64,000 nt of DNA from Vicugna vicugna. Lineage: Eukaryota. The notes beneath the pieces were generated by a model that saw nothing but the letters and a program-made list of their open reading frames with translations, made no database searches and was not told the origin of the DNA. The stretch lies in contig MU058065.1 of the NCBI GenBank assembly GCA_013265495.1, positions 1,834,364-1,898,363 on the forward strand, in the 5' to 3' direction. The position numbers were made by a program, and so were the translations under genes. Each line of letters begins with the position of its first letter. Position 1 is the stretch's first letter. Below, piece by piece: positions 50,701 to 64,000 of this stretch.

Positions 50701-51512
50701 TTCAAAACTATGGTAAGTAGGTGTGGGAAATGAAGACTAATTTAAGAAGCTTGGCGTCAAAAGAAAGAAGGAAAGTAGAGTGGGAGAATTTTGCTTAAAG
50801 CTGTTGAAGGGGAGAAGACTGGAGCAACTGAATTTTTGGTTGTAGAGAGAGCGTGGAATTGAACAGTGGAGAAGTAAAGGTAGAAGAGGGGAGGCTGGCT
50901 GTCATTTGCCAGAGATTCTATAGGGCATAATAATGATCCCAACTAACTTGTTTACTGTGTGCTAGGTCCAGTTCTAGTGCTTTTAGGTGTATTAACTTAG
51001 CTAATGGTCACAGCCCAATGGGCTTATTGCCTCTATTTTAAAAGCAAAGGAACTGAGTCGCGCAGAATTGGTGATTTGTCCAGATGCATGTAGCTGGTAA
51101 GTGGCCTAGCTGGAACAGTATTCAAGCAGTGTGGCTTCAGGCTGAGTCCTTGACTTTTCTATAAAGCTGCTCCTGAGGCATAACTAATGGATCAAGGTGC
51201 AATAAATGTGCTGAAATTGAAGGTGCATGTGGGGCTTCAGGTAAATTTACTCAGTGTTGGTAAAGCTGTAGTCCTTTACATTTAGTTCTTGATTTATTTA
51301 TAATTAAAATGAAGGAATTACAATAATATCTTTGAGATTCTTTAGTTCTAAAACTGTCATGAATCTAATAATTAAGCAGGGCATCTTCTGAAAGTGAGTT
51401 GAAAGACTTGGGGTAGCCCCTGTGGGGAATATACTAAGGAATTGGCAAGTGAGGAGAAAGATAGCTCAGTACGAGTTGGCCTGAATGTGTGATTTATCAT
51501 GTTTTTTCTTTC

Positions 51513-51543
<31 letters not shown>

Positions 51544-53179
51544 GAAGCGGTGCTTTGCAGCTTGGGCACAGATGCAGAAAAAACATCTGCAGCTGTGTGC
51601 TTTGGTTGGGAATTGGCTCATCCAAAAAGTGAGGCGAGGAAGGGAGGCCAGAGTGTGAGGTCAGTGTTAAAAGTGACTGATTTTTGGACTCTGAAACATG
51701 GTTAGGTAGAAATTGAAGTCATGTGAACAATAACTCCATGGTAACTGTAAGAGCTTCAGCGTGTTGTTAAGTCTCTTAAAGTGGTCCCATTTTTGAAGAT
51801 TAACTGTCACTTCAAAATATAGGCAGTTCTAATACTCCAGAGAACATATATTCAACTTGATTATGCTAAAGAAATTAAAAATACATATACTAAATGTTTA
51901 TTTCTCTTATAGATGTTAAATAATATAACACTAGTTTCTGAGAATGTTCTTCTAATTTTTTTTTCCCACAAATGTTCATCTGACCACCTTAAACTACTCA
52001 ATTTCTGACTAGGATATGTACCGATGTCAGCATTTTTATTGATTTCTTTATTTCAGCTGAATTATGTTTTTGAACCTCTGCTAGTATCTGTGCTTTAATT
52101 TTTGTATTTTCTAGTGATCTTATTTCATTCTTACTCTTATTTTATAAGACACTTTAAAAATCATAAAATACAGTACTGCTGTCTGAAGGGGACACTGTCA
52201 AAGGAAGTCTTAGCTGACAGGGCCTTCTTGCAGTAGCCCAGAATGTTTGTCTCTAGTGTAAGAAGTCTCCATTTGTTCTACCAAATGGGGCTCAGGAAGA
52301 TTACTGATACAGTGTGAAGAATTGTCGTTTGCATGGAAATCAGTATTGCCTGTTTGACTGGAAGGTAAGAGAATGGTTTAGGGTTCAGTGGTGTCAAAGA
52401 AACTGTCTTTGGTCTCACAGAATATATACCTTTTTATAGTTCTGAAAGCATTACTGCATGGTCCATTCATTTTTTTGTTCACTATGCTTTTAATAGTTAA
52501 CTGCATTGCCTGACAAATTTTTTTAAGTGAAATTACTTTCCACTGAAGTGGACCTTTTAGTGCTATGATATAGACAGCCAGGACCTTTTTGCGTTGAAGA
52601 AGAATTGGAAGAAATACAGTGTTTACGTGCAGAGTTTGTTGGTTCTCTGATTTCAAGATGAGAATAGTGATGGTTCTGAGGAACGTTTTTGGTAAAGCAG
52701 AGTGATAGAAACTACCAGAGGGTAGCTGAAGGGAGGACAGTTCTTTGAGATGAAAGTAGCTGATTATTGGCTTTGGAAGTAAGTTCACAAAATTGAAGCA
52801 GGCATAGGAAGAGCTAAATGCTGTTTCTCTTTCTTAGTAGTGTATTCTTCCTATCCCTAAAGGAATGTTTCCCCAGTAAACTGAGACCCAAAGTAATTCA
52901 GGACATTTCTCAAGACCCCAAAGCAGAACTTGGGGTGTGTTGTGGCCTGTATGCCTCATCATAAGAAAAATCTTGTCTTATTTTAGTAAATATGGAAATA
53001 TTTAGAATTCACAGGGATTTTTTTCCTTTAATATTTTTTCTAAATAAAATACCTTTAAAAGCATGGTTATATTGGAGGAAAAGTTCTGCTTTCCACTTGT
53101 AAGGATTTTTAAATTATAGGTCATTTTGTCAAAGCCTCAGAAGTATACTTACAGATTCATCATCGCAGAATTCAGTGTT

Positions 53180-54410
53180 CAAAACTACTTCTTATTTGCC
53201 AGGCTGTGACTTGGGTGTAAGAAATATATTGGTAAATAGAATGCATCTGTTCCCTACATCCATGGAACATATAAACAAGTTAAAAAATGTTTAGCTGTAA
53301 AACAAAATGAAGAAAACAGGATGCAGTGGTAGGGAAGAATAATGAGAACTGCATAGGCCGAGAAAGGGCTGTTTGAGGAATTGGTGATGTTTAAACTGGG
53401 ACTATAAGAATAAGAAGGTGCTCATGAGAGAGCATTCTGGCAAAGGGAATGGTTATAGAACATTTTTTTCTGTAAAGGACCCGATACTCAGCATTTTCAG
53501 CTTTCTGAGCCATATGCAGCTCCTCACTCTCCTCTTGTAGCATGAGAGCAGCAGCAGACCATATGTAATGGATGGCCATAACAGTGTTCCAGTACAACTT
53601 TATTTTAAAAAGACAGCAGGACTTCCTTTGCCAGTCCCTGGACTAGAGAAACTGGGGTTCAGGGAAGCTTGTTGTGGGTGGAGAATTGGGTTGGCTGTGG
53701 GAAAGAATGGGACAAGATGAAGTTGGAGAGAAGAGCAGAAGTTGGATCATGCCAGGCCTTGAAGCCATGCTGTAAGGGCTTCCTGCTTAATTATATATGT
53801 ACCTTAGGAAGCCATTCAAGAATTTTAAACAAGACAATGAAATCCAATGTAGGTTTTTAAAATATTTCTTTAGGTGCTATGTAGTGAGTAAGTTACAGGG
53901 CCTAAGAGTTGAAGTGAGGGGAATAGGCTAGAATAATCCATTAATTGAGATGAGTGATAGTGGTGATTTACGTCAGTCTAGCGACTGGAGATAGAGAAAT
54001 GTTTTTCAGATTCAAGATATATTTTGGTTATAGAAAGCTTATTACCTGCAGATAGATTGATTGTATGGAATGAGGAAGAGAGTAGAATCCAAGATGACTT
54101 CCAGGTTTTTGGCTCTTGAACAACTAGGTGCTTCCATTTTTTGATACAGATTTGAGTTAGGAAAAGGAGCTCCATTTGAATAGATTAATTTTAAGATGCC
54201 AACGAAATGAGATACGTATACTCTGAGAACTTTGGACTGGAAATGTAAATGTGGGCATTGTGAACATATAGATGATAATTAGAGCCCTGGAAGTAGATGA
54301 AATCATTTGGAGGGATGGGGGTAGAGGGTTCCAGATCTGAACCCTGAGGAACTTAAACATGTCAGGTAGATTGAGGATTGCAATGGAGACAGAAAAATGT
54401 CCAGTGAGTT
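53180..54410 (-). mobile_element. LINE-2 remnant, interrupted by MER58
   Basis: gatcatgccaggccttgaagccatg; aatccaagatgacttccaggtttttggc; tttggactggaaatgtaaatgtgggcatt; agccctggaagtagatgaaatcattt. Confidence 0.7.
53445..53640 (+). mobile_element. MER58A-like (hAT-Charlie) element
   Basis: ttttttctgtaaaggacc...ttgtagcatgagagcagc...gtgttccagtacaactttattt...tttgccagtccctg. Confidence 0.75.
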
Positions 54411-55980
54411 AGTTGTACTTTAAGACTTAGCTCTAATCGTAAATTATGAAATAATTTTGATGTCTGTTTAGCAGAGTTGTGGTTTTTACAGCTATTGTGT
54501 GTGTGTGTTTAATGTTAAAAGACAATTTTAAATTCAAAAATAGTGCTAATCAGTTCTGTTACTTGTGGGCAGGGTTAGGTTAGGGTGGAGCCATCTTTTT
54601 TATTTTATTTTTTTTCAGCTTTATTGAGGTATAACTGACAAAATTGTCAGATATTTAAAGTGGGTTTTTTTTGGGGGGGGACGTTATCTCCTTTTAGAAT
54701 ATTCCTATTTGAGATTCAAACTTAATAGATGTCTCTAAGCCCATAGTAAAGTAGTGGAGGACTTGCCTTTTCTTCTACCCACTCCTGGGTACTCCATGAT
54801 AATAAGAAATAATAGAATTAATAATAGAAGTTTAATAATAAATAACTTAGAAGTAGATGCAGTGGGAAAAGTATTGCATAGAAAGTAGAGGGAGAATTGG
54901 ACTTTAGGCCTAATTCTGCCACTAACAATCCTGAACAAATTACTAGATTTTTCTGGACTTCAGATTATTAATTTATAAAATGAGACTAGGATTGATTTTG
55001 TTAGCCTAAATGAACATTAAAATTGTATAATGATTATATGTCTTGATAATTTGGGGTTACTAAAAGTATTTCCATTTTTAATTGTTTCTTTAAGTCAAGG
55101 GAGAAACTTTCTTTGGTTTTAATGTGGCAAGAACTTTATTATCCCAATTTTGTGATACTTAACAGGTTTCTTAGATTTGCCTTATGCTTAATTGCCCCTT
55201 CTCCAAATTATTAGTCTGTAGTAGTAAATAAAAAAAAAATGACAGCCTCATAGGTGAGCTTATAAAAGCCAATTCTTATGTTTTGAAAGTTTATTCTCCG
55301 CTTAGATAAGTAGCTGAATAAAAAATGTTGACTTTTTAAGTCTACCAGAACAGTTTCTTATTGCTAAAAAGAACATTTGTTCCAGTGGTTTCCAAAGTCT
55401 GTCTTTACATCTTGTTCTTCAAGTAACATCTTACTCTGAGTGGGAAGAAGGCAGGATAAGAGGAGCTTCATCCTGCTCCCTTTTCATTCATTCAGAAAAC
55501 TGCCTGTTAAGGACCTATTATTACGTGCCAGGCACTGATAATAAGCATTTGCGTTATGTCAAAGATCCCCATCTTTCTGGAACTTATATTTTGGACTTAC
55601 ATAGTTGAATCTGTGCCTTGTAATCCTGATCAATTCTAGGCACTTTATTTTACAGGTAGGAAAAATGAAGCCTTGAAGGGGAAGAGTTTCAATTTTTAAG
55701 TGATTTTCTTATTTGAATTTTTCTTTGTAAAGTTTCCTTGTAGAGTAATACCCTACTGTTTATATTTTGTATATAGGATCTCATTTGCTGGAATTGGTGT
55801 TTCTATGTAAACTGCTTGTTCAGTATAGAGGGAGAATGGAAAAAACCAGAGTTTTAAATATTTGTTCATAGGTAAATTTATATGATTATGTAGTAGTACT
55901 AATTGCATGTGGAAACGAAGTTGGTGATTTTATAGTAAGCTGTGGACTGTTTTGTAGGCCAATTAAACAGATACAGCTTT

Positions 55981-56045
55981 TTAAAAAAATTTTTTTTAAA
56001 TTGAAGTGTAATTGATTTACAATGTTTTGTTAGTTTCCGGTGTAA
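55981..56045 (-). mobile_element. Extremely 5'-truncated L1 3' end with TSD
   Basis: T-rich tail + aattgaagtgtaattgatttacaatgttttgttagtttccggtgta. TSD aaacagatacagcttt (55965-55980) / aaacagacctagcttt (56046-56061). Confidence 0.7.
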
Positions 56046-59000
56046 AAACAGACCTAGCTTTCATAATAAAGCTTTTTTAGTGTTTTTCCTTTCTTTCTAG
56101 GCACATGTGAGTATAGAGAGATTTTTAAATGGTGTTTATGTACAAAATATATTATATAGTGACTGCAGTAAATTACGAAGGACATTAATAGAAACACTAG
56201 GGAATAAGATTTTCATTAGCAAAGACTGATTCAATTCAGAGACCCACAGGTACTGAGTCTCTACTGTGTTATATTCCCCTCCAAAATAGTTAAGACACCG
56301 TGCCTGTCAGTAGGAAACCTCCCAATTTTAGTGAGGTAATCAGATTTTGAAGGGAAATTGTTTTGCCTAAAGAGTTCAGGGCACAGTAGAAAGAGGAGGT
56401 CAGTTTTGATGAACCTTAAAGTATTATAAAAGAGTCATCATGTGAACTAAGGCAAAAGATAGTCTTGGAAGGGAAGATGGCATGAGTTAAAAAGTAGATA
56501 GGTATGAGCATTATTAGGTGGATCCGTGTGAGTGGAACATAAAGGACTTCACATGCATTTGAAGGAAATGAGAATGGTAAAGTTAGTTGGACTAGGTTTT
56601 GAGAAACATTGTAGGGTATTTGGCTTTTATTCTATGCGTGGTAGGAGCTATTGGGTTTTGATCTTCAAAAAGAGACTGATTAGAGTGGAAAAGATGGAGT
56701 GAAATGTTTAGTAGGAGTGCCTTTTTGAGTGCTTCATTGCTACTTACCGTTTTGTTCTGTCACCTTGTCCTTTTTTCTAACTTAAGGTTGTAAGAAGAAA
56801 CTGAAAACCCATTACTTTGAATGTTGGAGTTGCTAAGGATGATGACAGGAGTCAGAAAGAAGAGAAAGACTCTCAACTAGCTGTACAAACCATAAACAGT
56901 ATGATTTGGAAGAGTGTCTTGAATACAAATAGGGTAATGCTAAAAGAGGAAGAGATTATTAGGGATAGGGTGGGGAATAGGCATTATTAGAGAGTCAGAA
57001 AGATAGCAGCTGTAGAACACGAGGGGCATAGGCTTCTGCTTTGAAAGGATAGGAAGAGAAGTGATGTTGGGGGAGAGGTCAGTTTAAAGTGTTATTTAAC
57101 AAGTTCAATCAAGTTAAATACCAGTTATTCCCACTTAAATTAATGAGTAGACTGTTAGCACTGTGAGGGCGGGTACCCCTCTCTGTCTTGTTTTCTGTTG
57201 TATTTTCTAATGGTGTTCTGTTAATACTTATTGCATGAATGAACAGCTAGGACCTGTTTCATTCGTCTTTGTGTCTCTTGCTCTTAGTGTAGTTAGCACT
57301 CAAATAATTGTCTGTTGAAATGAATCTCTAAGAATAATACTAGCAGTCAAATGGAAACCATCATAGTTTATATCCATGGACTGCCAGGATCTGTTCTGTC
57401 TTCTGTGTGTAGAGTAATAATTTTACTTACCCGAATTAATTACTGAATCAGACCACTTTAAGCAGAATGTATTATGCCATTTAAAAGTACAGTGTAATTT
57501 TTCGGCTGTTTACTTTTGATTTCTTGAGACCGGTGTCTGTCTGCTGGGAACCAGGTCGTGTGATCTTGTGAAACTGTTTTTTCCCTCCATGGTGCTCAGG
57601 AGAATTACAATAAGACTAATGACCACATTGCTGTGTTTTGTGTATGTTTTACTATTTATTCTGTCATTGTCCTTGGTATTCAAAGGTTAACTATGGTACT
57701 AGTGCTATAATGGCTTTTAATGTATGTCTTATTGTCTTAACCTTTGGGAATGCAGTACTTTGCAAGTGTGATAATCATATTGTCCTTCTGTGATATATTG
57801 CTTTTTTTTTTTTTCTGTTTTCCTTTCTAACCAGTAGGTTAAAGCTACCATTTTTTTCATGACATCACTTTGTCCTAAAATCCTAATTTTCCAAGGTATT
57901 TTATTTTTAAAAATTGGGAAGAATATTTGAACTAAGAAAATATTTTTTAAAAATCTCAAATTCATGTTTTTTATTTTAACATGTAGGAGATTTTCTTTAT
58001 GAAACTATGAAAATGTGTTGTCCTAACTGCCATCATGTGCCCATGCTTTGAACTGCATGACTTCTCCAGTACTAGTCATTGAATTTTACTTTGTATTGAG
58101 GTCATATGATTGCTGATATTAGGCTCTTTTCTCCCCTCCCCCATAGAGATTGTAAAGGGACTGAATGCATTTTGTATCCCCCATGGTGCCTAGCACCCTG
58201 CCTTGCTTGGAAGTAATCATTAAACATTTGAATTGTCAGTTTGGGGAAATTGTTTTGTATCCTTTTGTATTAAGAGTTTCATTTTAGACACTTGAAGAGT
58301 AAGTAGGGAATATTGCCACTAGGAATGAATTTGATTTTGAAATTACAAGTACTGTGCTCTTTGTGAAATGCTTAAACTTATATTACTAACTATGCATACA
58401 TTTGTAAAATTGCTTACAGAAGAATCTTCTGACAGCAATCAAGAAAAGTTTTCCTGCAGTGACTGTCTTATGTTTTGTTACTGATACTGGTATGATTCCT
58501 CTGAGTTTGCCACCTTTATTCTAAAAGTTAGGATAATGAGAATAATATTGTCAGTCTATCTAGAAAATACCAAGAGGGCAGTGAATTTTATTTCATTCAA
58601 GAATCTCTTATCATTAGTGAATTTTTGGAAGGTTTAAAATATCTGCAGAAGTTAAGATGAATTCTCCTGACCTTAGTGGAAGCTTGCTTTGAAATACAAA
58701 AATCTTAAGGTGGCTGTATGCAGTGTGAGATGGCAGCTTCTATTCACCAAACCTGTATGGAGGTTGACTCCGTTATGAACCCCTCGAAGTATGAGATAAA
58801 AGAATTCCTTCTGGTTATCAAGAAGTATCTATTCTTTAGAGGAAGGGAAAGCAAGAATCATGTGGAAATTGAGAATTTAGAAACTACTGTATAAAATATG
58901 TGAACATATTTCTATCTGTGTTTTATGTCACTTGTTTCAGAAAATTTAAGGCACTTAGGAATTTTTGGGGCATCTTATTGAAATGCAGATTATGATTCAT

Positions 59001-59124
59001 TGGGTCCAGCTCACAGATGATGATGATATTTACCATGATTCTGCTCTATGCAGACCACAGTTTGAGTAGCAAGATTCAAATATGTATACGAATAATATTA
59101 TGAATATGTAATACAAGTAATATT

Positions 59125-59360
59125 ATAATAGCAGCAAATGCACATATGACAGTTACTGTGGGACAGGCACTGTTCTAAGTGTTTTGTGTATATTAATTTA
59201 TTCACACAACAGCTCCTTGAAGTAGGTGCTGTTGCTATTTTATAAAAACTGATGCACAAAGAAATTAAGTAAGTTTCTCAAGGCCACACATTCACTAAGT
59301 GTTGAGTCAATGATTTGAATCAGGCAGCTGGGCCTTTTGTCTGTATTCCTGGCTCCCACT
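59125..59360 (-). mobile_element. MIR SINE
   Basis: caggcactgttctaagtgttttg...aaactgatgcacaaagaaattaagtaagtttctcaaggccacaca...gatttgaatcaggcag. Confidence 0.8.
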
Positions 59361-60254
59361 ATTCACCATGTGATCTTTTAAATCAAGACTCAGCATAAAG
59401 GGAAGAGCTGTGGAACTTTTTTCAAACGATGTGTCAAGATTAGGAAAGATACTCTTCACACTCCATGGCTTGGCTCCCACTGAGATTCACTTACAGAGTA
59501 AGCCACTTTTATTGATAAGTTTGTATCACATCAGTTTGGTGTGATGAAGTGAAAAATATTTTGAGGTCTTCAGGAATAATTCTTTAATGACATCATTGGA
59601 AAAACAGGATTTATATAACTGGTAAAATTTGTAAAGTGACAAGCCCCCAGATAACATATGCAGGCTTTGAAAAATTCACATGTTGCAAGTAGAGACTTAA
59701 ATGCTGTTTTTGATCATGGTGTATGTTGCATATTTATATAAATACTCTGATTCCATCATGTGAAACAAGCAATATATTTTAGAATTTAGAGCCAACAAGG
59801 ATACTTAGTACATACCCAGTGGCTCTCAGTTATAGCACATCTTGTTTTATTGTGCTTATTAGCTTTACTGCACATAACAGATACTGCATTTTTATAAATT
59901 GAGGTTTGTGGCAACCCTGTGACTAATGGGTCAGTCAGGCGCCATTTTTCCAACAGCATTTGCTCACTTAGCGTCTCTGCCACTTTTTGGTAGTTCTCCT
60001 AGTATTTCAGACCTTTTTGTTACTACTGTACTTGTGATGGTGAGCTGCGCTCAGTGATCTTTGATGTTGCTGTTGAAATTGTTTTGGGGCACCACAGACT
60101 GTGCTCAAAGAGGATGGTGAACTTAATGCATGTTCTGTGTGTTCTGACTGACTGTTCCCTGACCAGCTGCTCCCCTGTCTCTTTCCCTCTCCTCGGGAAT
60201 AGAAATTCCTTGAGATGTAACAGTATTGAAATTAACCCAGTTAATAATCCTGCA

Positions 60255-62010
60255 ATGGCTTCTTAAGTATTCAAGTGAAAGGAAGAGTAGGCCATCTCTC
60301 ATTTTAAATCAAAAGGTAGAAATGGTTAAGCTTTAGTGGGGAAAGCACGCTGAAAGTTGAAATAGGCTAAAGCTAGGCCTCTTGCACCAGGTGGCCTAGT
60401 TGTGGATGCAAAGGAAAAGGAAAAGTTCTTGGCAGAAATTAAAAGTGCTTCCCAGTAAACACACAAATGATAAGAAAGTGGAAGAGCCTTATTGCTGATA
60501 TGGAGAATGTTTGAGTGGTCTGGATCGAAGATCAAACCAGAAACAACATTCCCATAAATCAAAGCTTAATCTCAAGTAAGTTCCTCACTGTCTTCAGTTC
60601 TGCGAAGGCTGAGGTGTGAGAGCTGCAGAAGGACAGTGGAAGCTAGCTGAGATTGGTTTCGACGTTTAATGAGAGAAGCTGTCTCCATAGCATAAAAGTG
60701 CAGGGTGAAGCAGCAGGTGCTGATGGAGAGACTCTAGCTAGTAATCCAGGATATCTAGCTAAGATAATCGTGAAGGTAGCTACACTAAACAACAGATTTT
60801 TTTCAGTGTAGACGAAATAGCTTTCTATTTGAAGAAGATGCCATCTAGGACTTTGAATCATAGCTAGAGAGGAGAAGTCGGTGCCTAGCTTCAAAGTTTC
60901 AAAGGACAGGCTGGCTCTTGTTAGGGCCTAGTGTGGCTGTTGACTTGAAGTTGAAGCTTATTTACCATTCTGCAAATCCTAGGACCCTTAAGAATGATGC
61001 TGAATCTACTCTGCTGTTCTCTGTAAATGAAACACAGCTTGGATGATAGCACATGGTTTGGTTTACTGAGTATTTTAAACCACTGTTGAGACCTACTGCT
61101 CAGAAAAAAAGAAAAGATTCCTTTCAGAATAGTGCTGCTCCTTGACAAGGTAACCTAGTTACCCAAGAGCTCTGATGGAGATGTACAAAAGATTAATGTT
61201 GTTTTCATGCCTGCGAACACAACATCCATTCTGTAGCCATGGATCAAGGAATAATTTAGACTTTCAAGTCTTACTGCTTAAGAAATACATTTCATAAGGT
61301 TATAGCTGCCACAGATAGTGACTTCTCTGATGGATCTGGGCACAGTCAGTGGAAAACCTCCTGGAAAGGATTCACCATTCTAGATACCATTAAGAAAATT
61401 CACGATGTGGGAAGAGGTCAAAATATCAATATTAACAGGAGTGTGGAAGAAGTTGGTTCCAATCCTCATGGATGACTTTGAGGGGCTGGAAGGGTAGAAG
61501 AAGTAACTTCAGTTGTGTGGAAGTAGCAGAAGAACTAGAATTTAAAAAGTGGAACCTGAAGATGTGACTGAATTGCTGCAGCCTCTAAATAAAACCTTAA
61601 TGGATGAGGAGTTAATTCTTATGGATGAGCAAAGAAAGTGGTTTCTTGAGATGAAATGTACTCCTGGTGAATATGCTGTGAAGGTTGTTGAAATGACAAG
61701 AAAGGATTTGGAATACTACATGAACTTGGTTGATAGAGCAGCAGCAGGGCTTGAAAGGACTGTCTCCACTTTTGAAAAAGTTGTACTGTTGGTAAAAGGT
61801 ATGAAATGGCATTGCATGTTACAGAGGAATTGTTCTCAAAAGGAAGAGTCAATTGATGCAGCAAACTTCATTATCTTATTTAAGAAGTTGGCCACAGCCA
61901 CCTAACCTTCAGCAACCATCACTCTGATAAGTCAGCTGCCATCAACACCAAGGTGAGATCTTCCATCAACAAAGATTATGACTCGTTGAAGGCTCAGATG
62001 ATGGTTAGCA
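60255..62010 (+). pseudogene. Disrupted Tigger1 (pogo-family, TIGD1-like) transposase
   Basis: ATG GCT TCT TAA...gaaaggaagagt start is broken early. Multiple stops and frameshifts. ORF 61549-61905 ([10 protein letters not shown]...[17 protein letters not shown]...[11 protein letters not shown]) matches the Tigger1 C-terminal region. Confidence 0.88.
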
Positions 62011-62153
62011 TTTCTCAGCAATAAAGCACTTTTAAATGAAGATATGTACATTGTTTATTTAGACAGAATGCTGTTGCACACTTAATAAACTACAGTATAG
62101 TGTAAAGATAACTTTAATATGCACTGGAAAATGAAAAAATTCATGTGACTCCC

Positions 62154-62309
62154 TTTTTTTTGTTTTTTATTTTGTTTTGTTTTCTGGAGGGGGAGGTAAT
62201 TAGATTTATTTATTTATTATTGTTATTATTTTTAATAGAGATACTGAGGATTGAACCCAGGACCTTGTGCATGCTAAGCACACACTCTACCACTGAGCTA
62301 TACCTCCCC
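62154..62309 (-). mobile_element. tRNA-Ala-derived SINE (Vic-1-like), long form, nested in Tigger1
   Basis: Reverse complement reads ggggaggtatagctcagtggtagagtgtgtgcttagcatgcacaaggtcctgggttcaatcctcagtatctc + AT-rich linker + ctaattacctcccc + A tail. Confidence 0.88.
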
Positions 62310-63634
62310 TCCCCTTTATTTGCTTTATTTCAGTAGTTGGAACCAAACCCACAGTATCTTCAAGGTATGCCTCTATTTTACAGCAGTGAAAAACTTCACT
62401 TTTAAAATCATACAAAACCAATATAAATCATATTTAATCAGGGGAAACAGAGCTCACTCTGGAGTGGTACCAAGGCATCTCAGTGGAGCATTGCATGAAT
62501 GCCAATGATCTACTCAACCCCAGCCATATTACAGGGAAGAGAACCAACAGACCATATAGGTTAAATAACTTGGTCAAAGTTCTGATTAGTAACTGCCCTG
62601 AGCAACTGACTGATTGTTTTAGCTCCTGGATGAACATTAAAATTCTGCAGGTTTATAAGAGGTCGCACCTCTTAACATTATAGTGTCTCTGTGAAACTTT
62701 TAAATGATTTTTTATTAGCACGTGTGTCATGTTATTCATGCCTCATTTTATGTTTTTAACATGATGTATATTTCAGTGTAAAATAATGCTAAATAAAAAC
62801 ATCGTATTTTCAGAGATTTGTCTATTTTGGGATTAATTATTGTCCTGAGTCTTAAGACTTTTTAAGAAGGAAGTCCTTTTTAGTAGTCTGTGCCATCATT
62901 AATTATATAGCTCAGTTCTGGTTTCAGTGAACTTTAGAATTAAAATCTTTATAACTCATTTTAGCTGATTTCTTTGTGTTACTTAGATATTTAATTAGGA
63001 TTGGCTGGCTGGGATTTTGCCCCAGGCATTTAAATTTAGAGGGTGAAAAAATTTTCATTAATGATTAAAAATAATTACAGGTGTGTTTTAGAGGGTGGGG
63101 GGATACTGTGTAGATTAGTAATATCCTTCAACTCTCCAACAGCCAAACAGTTGCTGGCCCAGGGTCAGCCTCCTTGTCCGTCCATGTGCTACGATCCTTG
63201 TAGCTCCCAGTCAGCCTTGTGCCTGCTGGCCTCTCCGTGTCATCCCCCTTTCCATCCATCTCTTCCTCCTTCCTTTGCCAGTGATTTGATTGATTTGAAG
63301 ATGTGTTTTTTGTAATTTGGACATTAATTTATCAGTGAATAGGTGTTACTACAGTGTTGAAAAATTAAGATTTTCTTTTGATTTAGTAATACACTTTGTT
63401 TTGCTAAGGGTGTAATAAAGAGGACGGGGAAAGCTATAGTCACAGAAATGGAGAGTGTCATATGCCAGTTTGAATTACTGCAGAGGACTTTGTAAAGTTG
63501 ATATGCTGTAAATAATGAACAGTTCTTCATTGTTTGTCATTCAGGTTGCTTTTGTGAATAAAAATTGTGGATTGTAGCTTATGTTTATAGTATAAGAATC
63601 ATGAAATAGACCCCAACTTGAGAATCGTAATTGC

Positions 63635-64000
63635 TGCAAGTTTTAAAATGTCAATATACAATAAAATTAGCCTTTTACTTTTATGCGCAGTTCTATCAAT
63701 TTTAGCCTGTTATAGATTCTTGTAACTGCTGTCATAATCAGAACGTCCTTCTCCCCAGAAAAATTCTGTCTTCCCTTTATAGTCACATACCCTCCCACCC
63801 TTAATACCTGACAGCTGCTGATCTGTTACCTGTCAGTATAGTTTTGTTTTCTCAAGAATGTTGTATAAATGGAATCATACAGTTTGTAGCCTTTTGAGAC
63901 TACTTTCATTCAGCATATTTTACCATTGAGCTAATCTGTTGTATGTATCAATAGTTGTTCCTTTTTATTGTTGAATGATAGTCTGTTGTATAAGTGTACC
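63635..64000 (-). mobile_element. Old L1 (L1MB/MC-like) 3' end, running off the window
   Basis: ccctttatagtcacataccctccc...ctgatctgtt...agaatgttgtataaatggaatcatacagtttgtagccttttgagac. Confidence 0.8.

Larger units (their letters stand above)
59833..62373 (+). mobile_element. Near full-length Tigger1 (TcMar-Tigger) DNA transposon
   Basis: TA-flanked. The 5' end tagcacatcttgttttattgtgc...tgaggtttgtggcaaccctg and the 3' end ggaaccaaacccacagtatcttcaaggtatgcctc match recalled Tigger1 ends. About 2.38 kb after removing the nested SINE. Confidence 0.93.

Noticed and set aside
61549..61905. 118-aa ORF as a functional TIGD-like gene
   Set aside because: The upstream transposase is broken by many stops and frameshifts, the ORF begins at GTG, and it shifts out of the consensus frame near its end.

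Overview
Mammalian genomic DNA, most likely from a camelid (Camelus/Vicugna). The evidence is three tRNA-Ala-derived Vic-1-type SINEs and cetartiodactyl-type L1 3' ends, with no Alu/B1. The only protein-coding gene is the 5' part of CUL3 (Cullin-3) on the + strand. It has a CpG-island promoter (~29.66-30.79 kb, with a 24-N assembly gap at the likely TSS), coding exon 1 (30283-30348), a 17.6-kb intron 1, exon 2 (47933-48130) and >15.8 kb of intron 2; exon 3 is not in the window. The first ~29.6 kb is intergenic. It and the introns are filled with decayed transposons: L1, L2, MIR, ERVL/MaLR LTRs, hAT and Tigger elements, including a near full-length Tigger1. Repeat subfamily names come from recalled consensus sequences and need RepeatMasker/Dfam confirmation. 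I found no CRISPR, rRNA, real tRNA or novel multi-gene system. The best candidate for undescribed biology is translational control in the CUL3 leader: an Arg-rich uORF (MFVRRRRRRHRGGAR*), an in-frame AUG-UGA start-stop element, and a perfect-Kozak internal AUG in exon 2. The remaining findings are transposon nesting, rearrangement scars and motif-level regulatory candidates.
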